DNA of 64,000 bases from Gemmatimonadota bacterium (lineage in GTDB: Bacteria; Gemmatimonadota; Gemmatimonadetes; Gemmatimonadales; GWC2-71-9): assembly GCA_036679645.1 (NCBI GenBank), contig JAZDCY010000042.1:32001-96000 (forward strand). Reading direction: 5' to 3'. Made by a program: the position numbers and the translations under genes. Below, one piece after another: positions 57,503 to 64,000 of this stretch; within the stretch, counting starts at the first letter, position 1; the number at the start of each line of letters is the position of its first letter. The notes beneath the pieces are model-generated. The model did not search any database, was not told where the DNA came from, and was given only the letters and a program-made list of their open reading frames with translations.

Positions 57503-58669
57503 GTGACGTCATCGATACTCGTCACCGATGGAGAACAACGGGCTGCGCTGGCAGTGGTGCGGGCGCTTGGTCGTGCTGGGCACCGCGTCCATGTATGCTC
57601 GCCGCGGAAACATTCACTCGCTGGTACCTCTCGCTATGCGGCTGCCCATGCTCGAACGCCGGACCCGTTGGATGATCCTCGGGGTTTCGTGAAGGCCGTG
57701 TGCGCTCTGGTGGAGCGTTGGTCGGTACGGATCCTCGTCCCTATCTCCGACGCCTCTCTCATGGGGCTGCTGCCTGCCCGATCGCGGATGCCAGGTGTTC
57801 TACTTCCGTTTCCCGAGACGAGCGTGTATCGACAAGCCTCGGACAAACGAGTCGTCCTCGACCTCGCGCGCCAACTCGGCATCCGAGTACCTGAGCAACT
57901 TGTAGTCGAGGACCCTACCAAGTGCACTGCTGTGGCCAATCAGGTCTGCTGGTACCCCGTCGTCGTAAAACCGGCCCGCTCCGTGTCCGTCGCGGGCGAT
58001 GTCCGGATAAAGCGAGGAGTTGAGTACGCCGCCGACGAGGCAAGCCTCCTTACAACCCTCCGCGGTATTCCGGCGGAAGCCTATCCCGTATTACTGCAGC
58101 GCCGTGTAGTGGGCTCCGGACTTGGGGTCTTCCTGCTCATGTGGAACGGTCAGACGCTTGCCCGCTTCGCGCACCGCCGCATCCGCGAGAAGCCACCTGA
58201 GGGGGGGGTGAGCACATACGCGGAGAGTGTGGTGCTGGACTCCACACTGTTCGAGCGGTCACGTGAGTTGCTCTTGCACCTGGGCTGGAGCGGCCCGGCC
58301 ATGGTCGAGTACAAGGACGAACGGGACACAGGGGTACCTTACCTGATGGAGGTCAACGCCCGCTTCTGGGGTTCGCTGCAGCTGGCGATTGACGCAGGCG
58401 TCGATTTCCCGTCGCTCCTCGTTCGCGCCGCCCTCGGCGAGGATCCACAGCCTATTGACACGTATCAGGTCGGCGTTCGCACACGTTGGTGGTGGGGCGA
58501 CGTGGACCATCTCATTGCCCGGCTGCGCGGTCACGCCCCGGAAGGAAGTCGCAGTCGACTTCGGGCCGTCCTCGCCTGGCTCACGGCCCCAGGGAATAAT
58601 GAGGTGCTCCGCTGGGAAGACCCGGTCCCGGCAGTGCGGGAGACACTCGATTGGCTTCTGAGACGATAG
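57503..58669 (+). CDS. ATP-grasp domain protein (putative amino-acid/amine ligase)
   Basis: DGEQRAALAVVRALG, YPVVVKP, HRRIREKPPEGG and MEVNARFWGSL. Confidence 0.85.
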   Translation: MTSSILVTDGEQRAALAVVRALGRAGHRVHVCSPRKHSLAGTSRYAAAHARTPDPLDDPRGFVKAVCALVERWSVRILVPISDASLMGLLPARSRMPGVLLPFPETSVYRQASDKRVVLDLARQLGIRVPEQLVVEDPTKCTAVANQVCWYPVVVKPARSVSVAGDVRIKRGVEYAADEASLLTTLRGIPAEAYPVLLQRRVVGSGLGVFLLMWNGQTLARFAHRRIREKPPEGGVSTYAESVVLDSTLFERSRELLLHLGWSGPAMVEYKDERDTGVPYLMEVNARFWGSLQLAIDAGVDFPSLLVRAALGEDPQPIDTYQVGVRTRWWWGDVDHLIARLRGHAPEGSRSRLRAVLAWLTAPGNNEVLRWEDPVPAVRETLDWLLRR

Positions 58670-59820
58670 GGACCGAGGGCGAAGCTGGGGTCCCGGCAGT
58701 CAGCCCGCGGTGGGGCAGATGGCGTGTGCTACACGTGGTGCAGAATCTCAACTATGGCGGCATGGAGCGGCTGGTGTTCGAGATCCTGCGCAGGGCGGAC
58801 CGACAGCGGTTCGATAATCATGTGCTGACCCTACAGTACTCGGGTCGCTTCGCAAGAGGACTAGAAGCATATGCGACTCTCCACGAGCCAGCCCGGTCCT
58901 CACGGGCATCGATGATCCTTCCGTTGCGCCTTTCGCGGCGCATCCGTGCGATCAGGCCCGATGTGGTTCACACGCACTCGGGGGTGTGGTACAAGGTGTC
59001 ACTGGCGGCGCGAATGGCCGGCGTGCCTCGCGTGGTGCACACGGACCATGGCCGCCCGCTACACGAAGACTGGCTCTCACGCGCTCTGGACCGCCTCGCA
59101 TCGCGGCGGACAGATATGGTAATCGCCGTCTCAGTGGCAGTTGCGCAGCAGCTTGCAGGCGTCGTGTGGCATCGAGAGCGCGTCGTCGTCGTACCGAATG
59201 GAGTGGATCCAAACGCCGTCTTTCCCAGGGCTGACAACGGCCAGCTGCGAGCAGAACTTGGCATTTCCGCCGCCGCCCCGATTATCGGCAGCATCGGCCG
59301 GCTCGAGCCTGTGAAGGGATATGATGTCATGATCGAGGCGTTCGTTCAACTCTCAGCGAGCTGGGCCAACGGGACGCCACCGATTCTCGTGATCGCGGGG
59401 GACGGTTCTGAACGGCACCCGCTTGAGGAACTTGCGGCGGCCCGCTCGGTGGGCGGTTCTGTGAGACTTCTGGGATGGCGCGATGATGTAACCGAGCTAT
59501 ACCCGATCTTCTCCGTTTTCAGTATGTCCTCCCACAGTGAGGGCACCTCCGTCAGCCTCCTTGAGGCCATGAGCGCTGGCCTTTGCCCGGTTGTCACGCA
59601 GGTGGGCGGTAACGCCGATGTGCTGGGCTTAGAGTTGAGTCACCGGCTCGTTCCGGCAGCGAATCCTGCTGCCCTTGCAGAGGCGTGGCGCAACGCACTG
59701 CGCGACCCGGCCCGTCGAATCGCGGACGGCAGGCGCGCCCGTGACCGGGTCTTGCAGCACTTTACACTGGATGCCATGGTGAGGGCCTACGCTGCCATCT
59801 ATCGAAGTACGCGACCGTGA
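58651..59820 (+). CDS. GT4 glycosyltransferase
   Basis: YGGMERL, HTHS, IGRLEPVKG and SHSEGTSVSLLEAM. Confidence 0.92.
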   Translation: MASETIGTEGEAGVPAVSPRWGRWRVLHVVQNLNYGGMERLVFEILRRADRQRFDNHVLTLQYSGRFARGLEAYATLHEPARSSRASMILPLRLSRRIRAIRPDVVHTHSGVWYKVSLAARMAGVPRVVHTDHGRPLHEDWLSRALDRLASRRTDMVIAVSVAVAQQLAGVVWHRERVVVVPNGVDPNAVFPRADNGQLRAELGISAAAPIIGSIGRLEPVKGYDVMIEAFVQLSASWANGTPPILVIAGDGSERHPLEELAAARSVGGSVRLLGWRDDVTELYPIFSVFSMSSHSEGTSVSLLEAMSAGLCPVVTQVGGNADVLGLELSHRLVPAANPAALAEAWRNALRDPARRIADGRRARDRVLQHFTLDAMVRAYAAIYRSTRP

Positions 59821-60083
59821 GCTCATGTGGTAAGGAGTCCACAGCATCTTACGGATGTCGTTCGCCGTCCCAGGATTAGCGGCATTCAAGTACCACGCTG
59901 ACAACAAGTTATGAGGTCATCGGATTGGATTCGCCGCCGCGCATGTGGCTTGCACGTCTGGCCGCGCGCATTCGAACCCACGCTAGGCATGGTGGCAGGC
60001 CCACCTGCCCACAGCCCTTGATGGTGTAAGATCGGAGGAGCGGCTCCTGTTTTCAACTCTCGTTAGATACGCGGATCGCTCAG

Positions 60084-61265
60084 TTGCCGCAGGAGATTAG
60101 TCGATCGCCTGAAACCAAGCAGCGCCTGCGCTTCCGAACGATTGACGGGCTTCGGGGCTTGGCTGCGCTGGCCGTGGTCCTTTTTCACCTGAACGAGGCT
60201 CTGGTCCACACATACGGGCCCTGGGCGCCGGGCTTCATCGCTTCGATTCTGGGACACGGGTATCTAGGCGTTGACGCCTTTTTCGTTATCAGCGGGTTTG
60301 TGATCACTTACAGCGTCAGAAACGCCGATTTGTCATTCGGATTCATTGGACGGTTCGCGCTTCGACGCTCCATCAGGCTGGACCCGCCGTACTGGGCGGC
60401 AATGGCGCTCGAGATCGCCTTCATATGGCTCGGGCTTCGAATGGCGTTGACAGTGACGCCCCTTCCCTCGGCGCGTCAGGTTTTCTCCCATTTCTTGTAC
60501 GCGCAGGACCTGCTGGGTTACGGCGGTATCATCATCATATTCTGGACGCTTTGCTTCGAGATCCAGTTCTACCTGGGGCTCATCTTACTTCTGGCGATTC
60601 ATAGAAGGCTCCAAGAGAGCCTGGGGCGCCCTGCGGCGCGCCGGGTTGCCGTTCTAGCACTGTCCGCGCTCTTCCTGTACTCGGTCATGGCCCGATACCA
60701 CGCTTTCGGTGTCTCAGCGCATCCGGGATTTGCTGTGCTGCGATGGTTCCAGTTCTTCATGGGTGTCTGCGTTTGGTGGGTGGTTTCGGGGAAGACCTCC
60801 TGGTATGCCCTGGCCGGGATGTGGCTGGTGACAGGCGCAATTGTGATAATCGAGCAGCAGCCTCTCTACGAGCTGCTTGCGGTCACGGTGAGCGCCATGC
60901 TCTGGTGGTCATACCAGCGGGACAAGATGGCCTCGTTCCTGTCGAGTCGACCACTGTTGTTCCTTGGGGGCATTTCTTACAGTCTCTACCTGTTTCACTC
61001 TACCATTGGTTGGCGATTCGTTAGAGCCTCTGGTCTGTTACTCGAAGCGGACACGGCAAGACCCATCGTCTGGCTCGTGTTTGGAGCAGCGGTAGCCATA
61101 TGTGTCGGAACGGCTTGGATCGCGTGGGCGCTGGTGGAACGACCATCGATGCGATTCAGCCGCCGGTTCTCGCTGTCCTCTTGGCGGGCGCGGAAACTGA
61201 GGCCGACATCACCGGTTCCGGAAGGCGCGAAGGTCGCGGCAGGGTTGGACTCGACGCTTCCCTAG
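60084..61265 (+). CDS. Acyltransferase family 3 membrane protein
   Basis: IDGLRGLAALAVVLFH, GVDAFFVISGFV, WTLCFEIQFY, ISYSLYLFH and VERP. Confidence 0.92.
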   Translation: MPQEISRSPETKQRLRFRTIDGLRGLAALAVVLFHLNEALVHTYGPWAPGFIASILGHGYLGVDAFFVISGFVITYSVRNADLSFGFIGRFALRRSIRLDPPYWAAMALEIAFIWLGLRMALTVTPLPSARQVFSHFLYAQDLLGYGGIIIIFWTLCFEIQFYLGLILLLAIHRRLQESLGRPAARRVAVLALSALFLYSVMARYHAFGVSAHPGFAVLRWFQFFMGVCVWWVVSGKTSWYALAGMWLVTGAIVIIEQQPLYELLAVTVSAMLWWSYQRDKMASFLSSRPLLFLGGISYSLYLFHSTIGWRFVRASGLLLEADTARPIVWLVFGAAVAICVGTAWIAWALVERPSMRFSRRFSLSSWRARKLRPTSPVPEGAKVAAGLDSTLP

Positions 61266-61588
61266 CCCTGGATTGGCCACGTGACAGGACCGAGTCGGGT
61301 GTGCTCACCAGTTGCGGCTCGAAGTCTGACTGGCGCTAGTCTTCACCCCCCGGAACCTTGTTGCGCGCTGACGCAACAGGTCGCGGCGGGATTAGCCATG
61401 CGGCTTTCGACGTCATCTTTCCGCCGGGCGAACGTGGGTTGACGTCATGGCCACCGAGTTGGGCGATAAGCCAGCACCCGTTTTGGCCCGATTGGGTACG
61501 TTAGTCGCAGCAGATGAAAGCGCCGAGATGGGGCGTGTGTGCCACCACAACATCGGCCTAGCACAGCGAGCATGAGGATTATACGGCG

Positions 61589-62845
61589 ATGCCATTCCTA
61601 GCCACCAAACGGACTGTGAAGAACATGCTCACATACGTGATGGTCGTTCTTGGCACGCTCTTCCTAGTCGACGCAGTCTTCATCGCCTTCGACCTTTTTC
61701 CACCAACTCATAACTACGGCGATGCGGACATGGGATGGCGGCCGGCTCCCGCCACCGGACGGATGCAAGTCGACCGGTGTACGGATTTCTCGACCGGCCA
61801 GACTGTGGATTACGTCCGAAACGAAGACGGCGTACGGACGACCTTAAGTGTCGATGAGACCCGCGCAGACACCAAAGCAGCAAGAATTGCCGTTACGGGT
61901 GATTCCCACACCGACCTGTGCGCTGCTAACCGGGAAACGCATCCCGGCGTACTAGAGTCGACCCTCCGCGCACACGGCATTCCAACAGTCGTTCTTGCCT
62001 ACGGCTCTGGTCGCTACTCGCCGATCCAAGCCTACCTTGCGTTTCGAACGGTGCTCAGACCGTATAATCCGAGTGTGTTGGTGATGAACGTGTACACCGG
62101 TAACGACTTCTTCGACATGTTACGGGTGGATGACCGCCCGCACTTCGTGCCGGATGGCACGAGCTATCGTATAGCCAAGCCGGTCTGGTACTTGTTAGAT
62201 GATCCAATGGTGCGCCGCAGGAGCCGCGTGTTGTTCGCCTTGAGAACTGCCACGAACAGGTCCGGTCTGCGAGGCACGTTCCTGCGAATAATGCAGTTAC
62301 GGCGCCTCGCCGCGGAACAGGATGCAGGGTTCGGTGAGGTTCTGGAGTATCTCCTGGACCTGCGAAAGGCTACCGAGCCGACGGTGGGGTACTCGGCCGC
62401 CTTCACGGCGCAGATGCTGAATCAACAGCTATTCTTCCATCACTTTCCGGGTAGCCGTGAGGAAAGCGTCCGACGAGTTCGAGAACTGATGAACATGATT
62501 CGTAACGAGAATCCCGGGATACTTCTAGTTATGAGCCCTCTCCCCTCCTATGAATTGGCGGGTGAGCGGCCGGTGGATGAAGCGTTGTTGCGAGTGCTGC
62601 AAAGAGTGCCCGTAAGCTACGAATCTGGCGTGCGGGAGGAGGAGCGTCTTTACGAACGCCTGCGCAGCCTGGCTAACGAACTAGAGTGGGTGTTCGTGGA
62701 TAATCTGTCCGCTCTGCGTGCGTACGAGGGTAGTGACCGACTCTTCAACAAGTTCGACTATCACCTGCTGCCCACCGCGAGTGCTATCGTTGGGCAGACG
62801 CAAGCCACCGCAATACTCGCGAACCTACGAGCTGACCAAGAATGA
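61589..62845 (+). CDS. SGNH/GDSL hydrolase-fold protein with N-terminal anchor
   Basis: GDSHT, YTGNDF and a C-terminal DYHL (DxH). Confidence 0.75.
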   Translation: MPFLATKRTVKNMLTYVMVVLGTLFLVDAVFIAFDLFPPTHNYGDADMGWRPAPATGRMQVDRCTDFSTGQTVDYVRNEDGVRTTLSVDETRADTKAARIAVTGDSHTDLCAANRETHPGVLESTLRAHGIPTVVLAYGSGRYSPIQAYLAFRTVLRPYNPSVLVMNVYTGNDFFDMLRVDDRPHFVPDGTSYRIAKPVWYLLDDPMVRRRSRVLFALRTATNRSGLRGTFLRIMQLRRLAAEQDAGFGEVLEYLLDLRKATEPTVGYSAAFTAQMLNQQLFFHHFPGSREESVRRVRELMNMIRNENPGILLVMSPLPSYELAGERPVDEALLRVLQRVPVSYESGVREEERLYERLRSLANELEWVFVDNLSALRAYEGSDRLFNKFDYHLLPTASAIVGQTQATAILANLRADQE

Positions 62846-62890
62846 ACCGCCATGCCACGCCAACCCGGGGTTTGAAAGTCCCTAGCCACT

Positions 62891-64000
62891 ATGTGCGGTT
62901 TCGCCGGCCTGCATAGCGCCGACCTCCGTGGCGCCGAAGCGCTGCAAGTGGTAGCTGCCCGCATGGCCGGGACGATGGTCCACCGTGGCCCGGACGACGA
63001 GGGTATCTGGTGCGCCCCGGAGTGCGGCGTGGCCTTCGCATTCCGTCGGCTGTCCATCATCGACCTCTCGCCCCTCGGTCACCAACCGATGGCGTCCGCA
63101 TCGGGCCGCTTCACGATCGTCTACAACGGCGAAGTCTACAACTTCAGCGAATTGCGCCGAGAGCTACAGGGGCATGGTGCCCGCTTCCGTGGACACTCCG
63201 ACACCGAAGTCGTGCTTGCGGCATTTGAGGCGTGGGGCATCCGTGCCGCCGTTCGTCGGTTCGTCGGGATGTTCGCGATGGCCGTGTGGGACGCGACTGA
63301 TCGTGCGCTCACGCTCGTGCGGGATCGCCTCGGCAAGAAGCCACTTTACGTGTACCATCAACCGGGGCTCATTACGTTCGGTTCCGAGATCAAGGCGCTC
63401 GCCGCGGGTCCCGCGTTCGATCGAACACTGGACGCGATGGCTCTCCAACAGTACCTGCGGTACTTGTATGTGCCGGCTCCCCGCTCCATCTACCGAGCCG
63501 TGAAGAAGGTGCGAGCCGGCCACCTGCTGACCATCAGGGACCCTCGTTTGCCGCTCCCTCACAGCGAACCCTATTGGGAGGTAGAGGAAGCCGCGCGCGC
63601 GGGACTAGCGCACCCGTTCACCGGAAGTGACGGTGAGGCGGTGGATGCGCTCGAAGACCTTCTGAGGAACGCAGTTCGGTTGCGGACGGTTGCGGACGTC
63701 CCCCTTGGGGCGCTCCTGTCGGGCGGCGTGGATTCATCGACCATCGTCGCCCTCATGCAGGAAGCAGGCACACGGCCCGTCCGCACGTACACCATCGGGT
63801 TTGATGAGCCCGTCCATAATGAGGCGCCGCATGCGCGCGCAATAGCCCAGCAGTTGGGAAGCGAGCACACAGAGCTCATGGTGACCGGTGAGGACGCTCT
63901 TGCACTCGTGCCGAGATTGCCGGTCATGTTTGACGAGCCTCTGGCCGACCCGTCGCAGCTACCCACGTTTCTGGTCTCACAGCTGGCGCGTCAACACGTG
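62891..64000 (+). CDS. asnB: Asparagine synthase (glutamine-hydrolysing)-type amidotransferase, truncated by the window edge
   Basis: MCGFAG, HRGPDD, RRLSIIDLS..GHQPM, YNGEVYN, DRLGKKPL and LSGGVDSS. Confidence 0.93.
   Translation, partial: MCGFAGLHSADLRGAEALQVVAARMAGTMVHRGPDDEGIWCAPECGVAFAFRRLSIIDLSPLGHQPMASASGRFTIVYNGEVYNFSELRRELQGHGARFRGHSDTEVVLAAFEAWGIRAAVRRFVGMFAMAVWDATDRALTLVRDRLGKKPLYVYHQPGLITFGSEIKALAAGPAFDRTLDAMALQQYLRYLYVPAPRSIYRAVKKVRAGHLLTIRDPRLPLPHSEPYWEVEEAARAGLAHPFTGSDGEAVDALEDLLRNAVRLRTVADVPLGALLSGGVDSSTIVALMQEAGTRPVRTYTIGFDEPVHNEAPHARAIAQQLGSEHTELMVTGEDALALVPRLPVMFDEPLADPSQLPTFLVSQLARQHV

Noticed and set aside
59829..59850. GGTAAGGAGTCC shared with 45721-45732
   Set aside because: Only a short SD-containing match with no following ORF or extended homology.
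61359..61378. TGTTGCG-N6-CGCAACA as another enhancer site
   Set aside because: Its spacing (20 bp) differs from the other sites and no correctly spaced -24/-12 box was found; it may simply be a hairpin.

Overview
This is a GC-rich bacterial chromosomal window. Gemmatimonadota is my tentative guess from gene context and sequence style, and is not verified. Surface-polysaccharide genes dominate. (1) 1-12.7 kb, minus strand: a Wzy/Wzz O-antigen-like operon headed by a WcaJ-type priming glycosyltransferase. It carries an unusual NeuB-less cassette (methyltransferase, SIS/GmhA-like isomerase, three dehydrogenases, AroB-like sugar-phosphate cyclase, HpcH aldolase, CMP-ulosonate synthetase, DUF115/Maf-like transferase). 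(2) 12.9-23 kb: a housekeeping block (rarA, Uma2 nuclease, ZIP transporter, frameshifted cca, CpsB/PHP phosphatase, frameshifted alaS, lhgO). It includes a ~0.9 kb array of hairpin-rich 180-215 bp repeats and repeat insertions inside rarA and alaS. (3) 23-64 kb: an exosortase/EpsI-associated EPS locus. It has wecB, a Wza-like SLBB protein, Wzc, a sigma54 response regulator and kinase, a degenerate GGDEF regulator, two flippases (one fused to an alpha/alpha-barrel domain), glycosyltransferases, a CDP-sugar cassette, ATP-grasp ligases, a DgdA-like PLP enzyme, deacetylases, SGNH proteins, an acyltransferase and AsnB. Recurring TGT-N11/12-ACA palindromes and -24/-12 boxes suggest a sigma54 regulon. 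No rRNA, tRNA, CRISPR array or transposase was seen. All calls come from motif recognition by eye; no database searches were run.
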